From assembly GCA_965637545.1 (NCBI GenBank), contig OZ281494.1:24304001-24368000 (forward strand): a stretch of DNA of 64,000 nucleotides. Reading direction: 5' to 3'. This DNA comes from Phallusia mammillata. Lineage: Eukaryota. The notes under the pieces were generated by a model, which saw only the letters and a list, made by a program, of their open reading frames with translations, had not been told where the DNA came from and did no database searches. Made by a program: the position numbers and the translations under genes. Each line of letters opens with the position of its first letter. Within the stretch, counting starts at the first letter, position 1. This document shows positions 1 to 13,500 of the stretch, piece by piece.

Positions 1-1329
1 CAACATATTTCTGGGAGATTTTGTGGTCTTGTGACTGCAAATTAGTTTTTAAAAAACCAGAGTCATAAAACAAACGAACAAAGTAGAGTTTTCACCTAAT
101 TGCATTCCATTGATCAACGCCGTCGATGTCATTAAGTTGTACGTCACATTGAACCGCACTCATAATGGTAGGTAACCAATCAGTGACGTGCATCATTTTA
201 TTGCTGACGTAATTGTTTAGCGATGAGTGATGTATCAGCGTGGGTCCTCTAATTCCCCCTTCGTAAAAACCCTTTTTCACTCCTCTCAAAGGCCAGTTAC
301 TGGCTACTTGTCCAACTCCGCCATTATCTGTCAAAAACCGTCTGTTTCACCAAACTATAGAACTATTAATTAATTAAACGGCCACACGTGCTAATTATAC
401 TAACTTAATAATTACCCTTATTTTTTATTACGCTAAGATGAACATAAATCTATAACTGGGATCAGCCCTGAAGCGTTAGTGCAGTCCAGCGATAACGTCA
501 TACTTATACGTAATTCAAAATGCACCAGGAGGATTTGAAGGCGTTATACCTATACTCAATTTCGTTAATAAGTATTTTTTAAATTCAGGTCTACACTGCT
601 CAGAGCCGCTCGACTCGGAGTGCATTTTTGTAAGGAAGGTGTAGTGGTTGTTCATTTGCACCGAAACCTCTGAAAACAAAAAGATTAGACAAGAATACTC
701 TTTGTGTAAGAATAAATTGACAACGAATTTTAACCGTATTTCGCCGCGTTTACCAAATTTGAGATAAAACGTTATTAAGATAATAAAAAAAAAAACTTGT
801 GTGCAGTACATCCTATATTGCAGACAATTTATATTGTTTTTCACTTCTGGTCAGTTTCTTTGATAAAGATAATATATTTTTATTGTGTTTCAGAAAACAC
901 AAAAATACCGGAGTGCAATGTGAAATCCCGACAACATTAAGGGACACTAATAGAAAAAAACTATATCTCATAACATCCCATTAGAGCACTTTTATCATTT
1001 TGCTGCGGCATATCTTTATCATTTCATGGACGTTGTAACCCTCCAACAGAACGAAAATTGTTACCTGCCAAACTGTCGAGAAAAGGTGTCTTAACTGCCG
1101 AGTCTGATCCAACTGCTTTGTAGCCGACGTCCCCATAACCAAGATCATCCGCCATAACAAAAACGATATGTTTCGGGCGTAATGAATGTGCTAATAAATG
1201 AATTCTAAACGTTTTTTTTAGTTGATGTTTGGATGAATTATTAACATACTGGTCTTTACCGTTTTGTGCAAATGAAGACAGCAAAAGAGGTAACAAAACA
1301 GAAAACATCATCAATGGAGATGGTTGCAT
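1..1329 (-). CDS. Arylsulfatase B/I/J-like gene, 5' part (3' end beyond left edge); catalytic region apparently absent
   Basis: Exons 1329-1260, 1190-1065, 327-96 and 34-<1 have GT-AG boundaries and consistent phases. They encode a signal peptide, PKHIVFVMADDLGYGDVGY..TPFLDSLA, then DNGG..SNWPLRGVKKGFYEGGIRGP..MMHVTDWLPT..DGVDQWNAI and SPR, all hallmark ARSB-family motifs. No CxPSR exon is seen in 328-1064. Confidence 0.85.
433..540. repeat. Dispersed repeat fragment shared with 13472-13585
   Basis: The core TAAGATGAACATAAAT..ATAACTGGGATCAGCCCTGAAGCGT..TGCAG.CCAGCGA..GGAGGATTT occurs here and inside the 12011-13810 element. Confidence 0.75.
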
Positions 1330-2614
1330 GCTTCTTTAATCCTGTATTTCGTGGGGTTTTAAAACTTGATTTTACCTTTGATAAAACAATCGTTGTTCAA
1401 AACATTTGTAATGCATTTGCAGCTGGTCCTAGCAATGCATGAAAGTACCTGTAACAAAAAACATTTCAATAGTGTCTGACAAAGACCTGTATTGGCTTGT
1501 CAATTTAATTTTTTTGTTAGCTTTGCAAACGAATTTTTCTTTTTCATAACCGTTGCGATTTGTAATGCGAAGAGACTGAGTTGATCGAAACCTATTTTAA
1601 TCTTCTTCATTAAAATAAAAAAACTCATGACAATGGTTCGGAATACTACCGATTTAATATTTCCACACCTTCAGGCTATAAATACATGCATTAAAAAATG
1701 TGGTCAAACAAAGACAACTCTTTATTGAAAAAAGTATCCTTAGAGTTAGACAAAAACGTATTTTTCTTGGTTTCACTTGATTTTCATACACGCAAACATC
1801 CAGAACTAAATATTAACCGCATTAATGTTTAACAACACAAGCAAACATGAAGATATCATAACATCGCCGTACCTTTAGCAACACAACAATCCCACACAGA
1901 GAAATATCAACATACATGTGCTGTATAGTAACTTTTGTCTGAAACGCAAACGAATCGAAGTTGTGTGAAACGCGAACGTTTCCTGTTCACTTTAATGTAG
2001 GTGAATATGTCGTTGACATGAACAACTTTGCTTGTGATACCGATGATAATGATATACTCACACATGATTAATGCAAGAGGAACAATCGGTAATGTTTAAG
2101 CAAGTTAATTTTAAACAATTCGTCATGGGTTCGATCGAACCCCGGTTAAAAACCACTGCTTTAACAACATAAGATTTGTGACAAAAACATTCATGAGTGG
2201 AGCGTCATGCGTCGCGTTTTCCAGATACAAAACGACGTACATGCCGGGACTGAACGAGTTGAAGCGTCTAACGAAAAAAGATATTTACCTTTTTTGCTAA
2301 TTAGTGAATTTATTACATACACATGGCCGAACGTGCACGTGTAGTCAAGCGCAAACGCAGCCTTCACCTCAAGTTCAAGCTTGAACACGACTTCAAAACT
2401 CCGGTCTGATGGACACCTCGGTTTTAAGCAACGTTATTTATGGGTTTTAAAAATTCCGTTCAAACAATTACTAAATAAAAATTCTAAAAAGTTAAGTTTG
2501 AATCATATTGAGTGCTGGCGATCCGATTATACGTACCTGACATGTGCGGCTACATTCGCGATGCTATTTTGCAATACACATCTATTATTATACATGGTAC
2601 ATCGCTAAGCTATC

Positions 2615-3035
2615 CATGGGCGCCGGCAGAAATTTTTCCAGGAGGGGTCAAATTTTGACAAATACCCACTTGCAAAGATATACTACTATTTTAAGTTGAT
2701 GTACATATGGCATAAAATATATGCAGTAGATTTGCGTCAACGATGAAAAATCTCCGCACAGCCACGCAACTAGCCTATCAACCATTTTGTCCGTTTGAAA
2801 AGCATAAAAATGGTAGAGGCTATAGAAACAACAACAGATACGTAAACAAAGCAGACATCGTTAAAGTCGCTTGTTTAGACATTTGCTTTGACTATGTCAA
2901 CTTTCCTTCTAAGAGCATTACCGTTTTTCAGTCATCGCGTTTTTCGACAAAATGTTTTAATTTTGTGGTACTTTAAAATTCCAAGAGGGGGGGGGGGGGA
3001 GTACTCCCTCTTGCCCCTACGTGCCGGCGCCCATA
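2615..3035. mobile_element. Non-autonomous hAT-like MITE
   Basis: Terminal inverted repeats CATGGGCGCCGGCA / TGCCGGCGCCCAT(A) and a subterminal poly-G tract. Flanks AAGCTATC / AGGCTATA form a degenerate 8-bp TSD (6/8). Confidence 0.7.
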
Positions 3036-3899
3036 AGGCTATATACACACCTTGTTCATGTATTTACACAAAAGTATGTTGCTTCTACTAGTTCAAAGAT
3101 GGATTGAACTCAATTTGTGAGCTTTGGGCTTGTTGTACGCGCGAAACGTGTGTTCATAAAATGTTTGTAGTAATGTCAAACACTTCGGTCATTTGTGCTT
3201 AAATGCAATCAATCGTTCGGCAGCAGTTTATTCACAAGTCGCTTAGTGGTTGGCAAAACTGTATCGCAGAACTCTTTTTGGCATTTACCGAGGATGATTG
3301 TTGGACGAGGTGAGAACAATAAAAAACTATCGATTCATCGGCGAAGTAAAAGTGTGTTCGTCATGACCGTAGAGAAATAAGTTTTGCTCACAAAATAGTC
3401 AAGAATAAAAAGATCTGATGCCCAACAGCCTTTAATATAAATATACATTTCGTACGTATTTTTGTACAATAAAGATTCCGGCGTTTGCTTCAAAAATAAA
3501 GAAACCACGGTATAACATAGACGCACTCATCGGATTTAAATAACTTGTTAGTAAACAAAAATAAGGACAGTTGCACGTGAAAAATCGGTGTTCTAAGAAC
3601 AACAAATAATAACAAGGCACGAATAACAATCATCCAAATGTTTTCTATTTAAGTGGAACTAAGGTAAAACTTAAAGTGTAGTGTAAGTCACATTAGATTG
3701 TACTTTTGCAACATAACAACTTTGAACGCATATTGTAATTAGTGCCTTGTATTTGTTACTTTTTTATGCTTATGTTTTAGAAGTTGATTGTTTTGTTTTT
3801 TTGCTGAAACAAAGTTTTTGTAAAAAATTTTTCTTTTTACATTACTGAATAGATAATCGCTCCATACACCCTTTGTTGCAACAATAACAAACCAGCCGT

Positions 3900-4419
3900 T
3901 AGGGTTCCTCTATTTCCCGGATTTTTTAATTCCCGGGAATCGGGAAATAATTTTTTCATTTCCCGGGAATTCCCGACTGAAAAATTGCCGATTTTTTGTG
4001 GGTAATTAAGTCATTGCAATCGCAAAATTAGTTTATTTTTGCTGGAGGCATCTAATTAGCCATGATTTTGTCGATTAAACTATACTTGCAATCTTGTTTG
4101 AAGGTAAACAAGATTCAGAAATTACGAAAAATAAATTTGCTTTTTCTAGTACCGCTGGGTGGCGCATTTTCGCGAAAATAATTTGCCATCTCGTATAAAA
4201 ACGCTTACTTACTTTATCATTAAAATTACAAAACGCCGTATTTTCGTAACAGCTAGCAGAAATTTAAACATTTCTGTTATTTTTTTACAAAATTAACACG
4301 TTTTTGCTTGTTTGTCTGTTTCCCGGGAATTGAAAACAAATTTCCCGGGATTCGGGAACGTAATTTTGCCGGGAAATCCCGGGAATTTCCCGTCGAGACA
4401 TTCCCGGGAAGGAACCCTA
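3900..4419. mobile_element. hAT MITE with TTCCCGGGAA subterminal repeats
   Basis: TIR TAGGGTTCCT / AGGAACCCTA. Perfect 8-bp TSD CCAGCCGT (3892-3899, 4420-4427). Confidence 0.92.
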
Positions 4420-4553
4420 CCAGCCGTGGACAATCAAACTTTAAATGCAGTTATGCTCTGTTAAAATATTTTTTGAACGCCTTTACTGTTACAACTAAAA
4501 TATTTCAAAACACCACCATTACCATTTTTTCTACAGGCATCGAGCAGGCAACA

Positions 4554-7500
4554 ATGGGACAAAACCTGTCAGCATTGAAAGAGTTTAAATGTGAGGATTC
4601 CAATCAAATTGAGCAAGTCAATAGAATGGCCTCATCATATGAAGCTTTCTATTCCAAGAAAACACCAGTGACAAAAATTTATAATGGAAAAAATCACTAT
4701 GGAAAACTATTTTTAAAACTTAACACAATGCGACAATCAAGTAAGTAATATACCAAGTATGTATTAGCAAATCAATGCCTTAAGAAATTGAAAACAAAGT
4801 TTTTTTTACAACTATGTTGTGTTAATTCTGGCAACTGAACATGACCAAATGAGTAACAAGACACAGAGCGTACTAAAAAGTGTCAGTAAAACTACAGTAC
4901 TTGGTGCCAATCCAGGGTTTGCATCATTTTTGTCAAACAAAGCTCACACAAAAAGTGATACATAATTTAAACAAGTAATAATTTTAAAGGTACACTGACT
5001 GATGTGGTAATACGATGTAACAACCAACACTTTTATTGTCATTCATTGGTGCTAAAAGTGAGATCAGGATATTTCAAGAGAAAAAAATTGAGAGATAAAA
5101 ACAGTTAGGTGACATTTTATTTGTATGTGAGTATGTTGGAATCAGTAATGCATGTATTGTCATATTAGTTGGACTTATTAAAAATTACAAGAAAGCTCGT
5201 TACTCCCTCTTTTTTCTAGACTCGGTTGTACAGATTCTTGAGGATGAAATGAATCCTTTGGTGGTACAACATCTGATTGACTTTATTTATTTGGGAGAGA
5301 TAAGGATTCCTAAAGAGAATTTAATAGGGTTAGTTAGTGTACAAATAATGCCATCATGGTTTCAACACTGGGTAAACATATGCATACTTATTTAGACATT
5401 GCATACTTGCTGTAAATTCAAAATGGGAAGTATAATTTTGAGCCAATTTTGCAACAATGTATTGCCCATTCTTGAAAAATGCATGCTTTTAAGGCTGACC
5501 AAAGCACCCTATATTGGCACTGCTTGAACCAAAGATCGATTAATTTAAATTATACTGTGACTGCAGTAACCAGTTTTTAAAAGAATCATATTAAAAACTT
5601 TAATTCTTTATCACGCAATGACAAGTTAGTGTGACGGTATTCTTAAACAAAAACTGTGTCCACAGATATTTAAAAGCTGCTACAAAATGGGAGTTGGAAG
5701 GGATTTTATCCTCAAAGAAGGTTGTGATTGCACAATATGTAAATCGCTCATCAACATCATCGTTATTCCAAGAGGTTTTTACAGAGGAAGAAATGATGCT
5801 ACCTTACATACACATTTCACAACATGACTTTGAAGAGTCTGTACAACCTAAGTAGGGTTAAATGAGTTTCCACATTAGTTGTAAGGATTTAAAGTGTGGC
5901 ACCAATTTCTGCAAAAAAATTTAAACCTAATGTTTGCTTATATTGTGCCCAACATTTTTGCAATGTTGCAGTTGCATTAGATCTTTTAGTAAGTATTAGT
6001 TACTCTCTATTTAACTATCACATTACACTGGGTCAAGCATAAGCTCTCATAAGTGCAGAAAATAATTAGTCAAATTTAAACAGTATTCATTGGCCATGGT
6101 CACATGCGTTGGGTAAACATAAAAATCAGATGAGCAGTACGCACAGTGAGTAGTGCACTATTTTCAGGCTAAAATATTACCTACAAGTCCAGTCCCAGCA
6201 GGAGCTAGATCCAGAATGGAATATTTTACTTTGTACTAAAGAAGGTGACAAACTTCCGTGTCACAAGTGAGTTTTGTTGTTGTTTTATAATACTTTTGTA
6301 AATAAACAATCTTAGGTTAAGAGCTTATGGTAAACACTGTTTTGAGAAAAAAGGTAATAATAAAATTTGTTTTACCAGAGAACTATTAGCCAGCTTTGGT
6401 GAATATTTCCATGCAATGTTCTGTACATTGGCATACAGAGAATCCTATGCAAAAGAGGTAGTTTTGCAAGACATTGGAACCTCAACACTTAGGTAATAAT
6501 AGAAACCTTTGTTTGTTGCCTTTTGTTTAAAAATTGACTTGGATGCGTTCATGCTTCCCTCATAGAATGCTGATCGGATATCTTTATACCGCTGAGATCA
6601 AACTGGACTTTGATAGTGCAAGAAGTATAGCTGTGGCTGGAAGATGGATGTTGGTTCCAGAAGATCTAATTGATGCTGCACAGACACATTTGGTTAATAC
6701 AAACTTTTACTTTGATTCAGTGGTGGGATTCAATTTTTTTGTCAGCCGGTTCTATCACAAAAGTGATATTTTTAGCCGGTTCTGTTACAAAAGTCCATTG
6801 ACAGTAACCAGTAATGCTAACCTGTTCGCTGAACTCATAAAAATTCATGAGACGGTTCTATAGAACTGGTGCGAACCGGCTGAATCCCACCACTGCTTTG
6901 ATTCAACATTTGACCAAAATTATGTTGGATCTTGATTTTGGTTTACTGTCTAAAACTGGTTTGTTCTCATGTGATACAAAAAAGATTATTAAGATTATTA
7001 CATTCACATTATTGATTGGTATGTGAAATTGTGGAATGAAAGTTTTAAGCATAGTTGACTAAATTTACCTTTACTCCTGTCCTATCTATGTCGGCACAAA
7101 AAGGTCATAATGTTTGCAAACCTCTAAAGCACTGTTTATGTCAGTCAGTTTCTTCCTAAAGAACTGTGCCAAAACAGTTTTAATCTTTTGGTTAACAAGG
7201 GATCAATGCCATGGGTTTTTAGTATGAAAGACCTTTTATTATCTGCACTATATTCTTTAGTTAACAAGATAATGTTTTGTTCAGGTTGCCTCAATAACTT
7301 TCGATACTTGCCTTGAGACATTACAATTTGCAAGGAGGTATTGTTTCAACAATCTGCTGCAAGAAGCAGAGCAAGTTGCTTTCTGCCATCTAGAGGAAAT
7401 TATGAAATCAAACTCTTTCAGCTGTGTTTCATCTGATTTGTTGTGCGATTACCTTTCCAGTGATCAGCTGTGTGCCAAAACAGAAAAAACGGTAAGATGA

Positions 7501-10500
7501 AAAACAATTAAGTACATAAACTGCCCTTTAAATTAATATTGTTAAATCTACTATTGATTAATTTGTGCTTTGTCCAATCTTACATTCAACACCCATTTTC
7601 CCCAACACTAAAATACACACTAACTTACCAACCAATGTTTTGACAAAGGTATTTGAAGCAATTATGAAATGGGATAATGGGGAAGGCCGGATAGAAACAC
7701 CAAATGTAGTTAGGAAATGTTTGCGAGCTTCACTGATGTCCCCCAATGAAATAATTTCATGCATCAACTATCTGTCAAAAACTAGTCAAAAATTAAGTAA
7801 AAATGAAATCGAGATTCGATACATACATGACACAAGCGATATGCTGCAATCGATCATCACAAACACGGAAGGATTGCCAGTTGAATCAAGATTTACAATT
7901 TGCGGGGACAAGTTGAGAGATTGTTATGAAAAGGTAGGGACCTCATGTACTTTATATTAATCAAAATGTTTAATGAAGCTTAAAACGATTTGATGTAGTA
8001 AATGAAAATGAGGCATATAAATGGAGTTTAGTGTTATTTCGATGGCATGTTACCTAAAAATTTGGTATGTTTTTTAGATTATGCTGGCTGTTATTCCTCG
8101 GACAATTGGAGGTACGACTTACCTCAATGTTGTCAAGTAAGTAAGTCTTCAAACACAAACAAAAAACAATGTTTGTTACATTTTAATATTCTATGTTTTG
8201 GCTTCTGAGCTCAACTGGTTGCCATTTTAAATGAATTGTGACAATTGTATAGAGTGAAACCAAACTATCCAGAAAGTGAGTGTGACATAAATTCAATCAA
8301 TCCTGAAACATGGTTCAGTACAGAATACTGTTGCCAGCTGCCAATTCGTGAGTAAAACTGTTTTAAATTGTAATTTTGAAGCAAAGAGTTTCATCTGAAT
8401 CCCCCCAAAAAATTTAAATAATTATTATAAAATGACCAATTGCTTTTGGTAGATTTTCGGAAGTTCTCAAACTTTTGTGTTGTCACTTTCAATAATCAGC
8501 TGTATATAACAGGTATGGTTTAGTTGTACGAAGCAATGGTTTGCCATGTCGTTAGTGTCAACATAATTCGTGTTTTAAAAGGTGGCCAGTATACATCGTG
8601 GGGGCAGCAGATCACATCCTCAGCAACAGTTATTTTTGATCCCTCAAGTCCACACAGATGGTATGAAGGTCCTGAATTGTGTGTTGCCCGACACAGCCAT
8701 CATATGGTTGCAATAGATGACAGTCTGTATGTTGTGGGTAAGTTGAGGTGTAAATCATTTCACAACAGGACACAGTGTATTTTAAGTAGAGACAATTCTA
8801 GTTGATGGTAGAGACAATTTGCCAACCCTTTCTTTATTGGACAATTTTAAGAGCTGAAATATTCAGTTTTGAATTTTGTCCATTTTGTTGGATGGTAAAA
8901 TATTTCGTGCTTGGCAAACCATGTAATTTTGTGACCTAATTTTTGAGGAACTAGAAAGGTAGCTTAGTACATTTTGCCATTATACATACACTACAACCTA
9001 TTTTGAAATGTTAATCTATCCCTACACTTATTTTGTATTGGGCCCTTTTTACAGACTTGGACAACTAGATTTTTTTTCGGTTTTTCAAATTAGATTAGAA
9101 TTAAAATTAGAGCATCTCCTTTTTTGCAAATTAGATTAGAATTAGAATTTTCTCAAAATCTAGAAATTAAACTAGAATTCAAACTAGAATTAGATTTAAG
9201 TCAACCAACTTTAGTTTGTTTCAAATTTGAACTTGTAGATTTGCACATTTAAAACAATACGATTCGGTGCATCTAAAACATGTTTGAACGGAGCTGAGTG
9301 CCAAATTTCACTCAAAAACGTGTTTCAGTGATGTAGTTTGGTCTTGTTAATTACATGCTTTTGTGCACTTTGCTTACAAAATGCATGTTCAGATCACACG
9401 CCTAAAAGTGCCCTTGGACAAACTAGCGATTTGGGGAAAACTATGAATCAGATTAGAATTAGAGCTTACTCGATAATTCTAAATTGGATTAGAACTAGAA
9501 TTACCGCCATTTTGCTCTAATTTGCCCAATTACAAAACTAGAATTATCTAGTTGTCCAAGTCTGCCTTTTTAGCCACCACCAAATCAAAATGTGTCCCCT
9601 TCAGGAAAGGGGGTCCATAATTAAAACTACTTGTCCTTCTACTTGAGATTTTTGGACTTCTTGGTAACAGAACTCTGTTATACTATTTATGTTATCTTTT
9701 ACAGGTGGCGTGACTTCAAATGGAAAATTTCCACAAAAGATTGAAAGATTAAAGTTCTCTGAAGACATGTGGGTTGAAGAATCAACTTTTCCCGCAGGTT
9801 AATATCCTACATCACAATAACACTAACATTTCTCCCCCTCTTTAAGATGGGGGACTCTCATATGCCCATAGCAAATTTGCTTGTTAGAAAAACATTTTGC
9901 TAAAATGTAAACTTGAGTCATTTGTCTTAATATTTTTGGGCAAACCTTATACCAGTGGTTCTCAAACTTTTTTGACCGCGACCCAAATCTGAGTTTTATG
10001 AATATCTCACGACCCAAGCCTCAAACATCAAAAAATTTAAATATTATTATTAACGCGACGAACTGCAATTTCGAGGCCACGCCGTCGCCGCATAGGAGTC
10101 TGCCCATGTCTAAATGACTGCAGGCTTAACGAGGTCGATTCGTTTGATAACACTGCATAACAAAACACACATTGTGGCTTTGCAGCACCATGATCATTGA
10201 TAGAAGTGAATCCCAAATCTAAAAAGTTTCCTTGTATGAATACTTAATAATCCTTAAACGCTAACTGTTACATCTCCACGTCTAGTTTCGCAAGATTACC
10301 TTGTCCTATTATTCCCTGTGGTATGACGTTACAATCGCTATGTGCGTAACAGTAAATTGGAAGGCTATTGTTGGTATGTTGTAATGATTGGTTCATTTAC
10401 TGTACAACGTGTCAAATGAGGTGACTTTACTACTACGTTAAGAAAATTCGTTTCTGTTTACTTAATACAGTAATAGTTCGTTTGGGCAGAATTGAATCAC

Positions 10501-13500
10501 TGCAGCGCGACCCATTTTTGACCCTGCGCGACCCATGTTTGGGTCGCGACCCATACTTTGAGAACCACTGCCTTATACAGACATGAATAAAAGTGATTGT
10601 CAAAAAACAATTTGTTTACTTCCATTAAAATCAGATGATTCATTTTCAAAACAACCATTAAGTCAGTCTGTGACTTCGCAAAAATTATTTGACCTTTAGG
10701 GTTAGGGCAATAGGTCTATAACGAACCAAATTAGCTTTTTATTGTTTGCTTTTTGCACCAACAAAAAAAAATGTGAATTTGCTAGATAACATACAATAAT
10801 GAAACAATATTTGTGTTTAGATGCACAAAATTTTAACTGTACGGCTTGGAGGGAATTTATCTACATTTTTAGCTATCGGTCCAATACAAGTTTTGCTGTA
10901 ATGCGTCGATACAGCACAAAGAAGAAATATTGGTTCCCAGTCATAATATTACCATTGCATAATTTTTTTTTGCTCAAGCCTTTTGACATGGTAAGTTGCA
11001 CCAAACTGAGAAGATTTAAAGTTGTGATGGTTTGTGTTATTATACATCTTGTACTTGGATATTTTACCATCCTATACGTCAGTTTTTCTGTTTTCAAGAT
11101 TGTCTTCAATGACATGATTTACTTGTTGGGCAACAAAAAAACAAGAACGGGAAGATTTTTGGTGAGCACAACTCTTAACCATATTGAGTTTACTTTGTTG
11201 GTTTTGAAGGCATGGATTGTATGTGTATGTTTTAGTGAACATGGTAGACAATATATTATTGTATACAATATATATATTGTATAAGTTTAAGAGGACAAAA
11301 AACGTTTTCCCTGTACAGATTTGCAGATTTGACCCAGTCAATGAAAAATGGTCACACAATATATCAGAAGATGCGAAAATTGGAAGGTTTACTCCATTTG
11401 TCTACAACAACGTACTTGTTGTGTTAGGCGAGTTCAGCATTCCAAATCCTTTTTCCATGGTGAATAATTATATTGAAGGCACTGCTATATGGAAACCCCC
11501 TGATTTTGATCAGGTCAGTTTTTGTAAAGTAAATTACATGGTTACCAGTCCTACATTGCTGTCTTTCTCATTTCGTTTGAGTGGATAGCCCAAAATTTAC
11601 CTCATTAACCATCTATATAATGGGTGAATTATTAAACAATGTCTGAATTGAATGAAATATAGGCAGTTTGTAGAATTTGTCGATTGTTGTGGTTTACCCT
11701 GTAGTCCCAACATTTACCCAAGTAGAATTGGATGAAATTCAGAAAGGTAATAGAATACACCATTTTGAGGTGTCTATTGATGTGTTAAATCTTTAGCCCC
11801 ACCATATTCCTAAAATAGGGGAAATATATTAACAATTTTGAATTGCATGAATTTCGGGCAGTTTATAGAACATGCTATTTTAAGGTGCCGGGTGTTTGTT
11901 TTGCCCTGTAGCCCTATTAGCCCTGAATTGTGTAGGGAATATATAGTTTTGAAACAAACCATAGTGTATGTGCACCAGTAATAAATGCTAAACCACCCTT
12001 CTACTTAATACAGACGAATCCGGTTGATCGCATCATTGATTTGCCAAGGGTATTTGATGCGATTAACCGGATTATGCGATAATCCGGTTGCTATGTAAAC
12101 AGTACACGCCGTTAACAAAAGTGCTTACTTTCACTTCCCCAGCTAAAATAGAGTTGCACTGACGCTCAACTATGGCAAGGGAGCAGTATTTTCTTCCTTT
12201 TGTTGCCGAGAATTGAAAAAAGTACTCTCAAGTCAAAACTAGATTTATTTCTCTCAGCGCAACGCATGACGTCATGCTTCCTAACTGTCGCGGCTATGGT
12301 GCAATCACCTAAGTGTGAAACAGTAGAAACGCGCACACACACACTTAATTGGCGCACACGCCACAGTTCGCTTGATTTGTGCTTTCTCTTGCAGTCAGGT
12401 TTATTTGAAAAGATATGTTACATCGCATCGTAGCCAAGGGGCCCAACATTTAAATTTGGAAACTTCCCTATGAAGACGGTTTATGACGTTTTAGTCTTGT
12501 TTTGGGTAGTTTCCCTTATAAATGTACTAAGCCTCCCGCTTAATATACACGTAAAATGGCCTGTTGTTTCTAACCTATTTCGTTTTCTAGTTCAAACCAA
12601 CGCGTTCGCGGCAAAGTTCTAGGTGCATATTTGTAAGCAAGCCCAAACCCGAAAGTACACGACCGAAACCGGGTCAAACTTACAACTTTGGCACATTCTA
12701 CAGCGCAAGGGCGCTAAGGCGAGCTACATCAGTTTCTATTATAACCTGTTATCCTATTGACAAAAAGAATAATTGATTTTAGCAAAACTTCAAAGGCTCG
12801 GATTGTGGCGCTACTTTCTAGCTTACTCAGCAAAACTGCAGCTGCTGGACTAGCGTGACTGTCACGTGATCAACGTGTGATCGTTGCTTCGAAAATTTAA
12901 AGCAGCAACAAATACTAGAGGAATCAATGCCTTTCTTAATCGGTGTTCTACCTGATAAGTTGCGCAAGGTCACGAATAGAAGATATAAAATATGGTAATC
13001 ATTGGCACGTTACCAATTACGTAAATCTAAACAACATAGAGTGATTACTTGCGATCTAACATTTTTTACAACCATTACGTGTTTTGCGGGTCATGAACAA
13101 TATAACAGAAAGCATTTTTAAACATTTGTTTTATATTTAACATTGTTTAAATAGAAAATTTTACAATCAGCGTCTTTGCCGGAACACCAGTTTAATAATT
13201 TTAACACGTTGAACTTTTTTTTTAAACGCTTGTTATGTCATTATTGGCGATTAGATAAGCCAAGAAAAAGGATCAATATGCACGGCTTTGAGATAACGAC
13301 TCCTTGTTATCGCACAGCGGTACACTGAACGCCGATTTAATCTCCTAATAACTTTTCCAAAATATTTTATGATCGAGACGTGTCATTTTCAACGTTGAAA
13401 TTATATAGTAGCTTTATTTGGTGTAGAATGCAAACACGCATCTACGTCTTTTTCGCGTACATTTTCTCCGGTTAAGATGAACATAAATTCATAACTGGGA

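Noticed and set aside
4308-4553. N-terminal extension of the 4308-4748 ORF (FPGI repeats)
   Set aside because: Derived from the MITE and intron. The real exon starts at the acceptor 4536/4537 with ATG 4554.
9052-9564. Short interspersed TAGAATT repeats superficially resembling a CRISPR array
   Set aside because: They are irregular subterminal repeats of a TIR element with a TSD, in a eukaryotic intron, with no cas genes.
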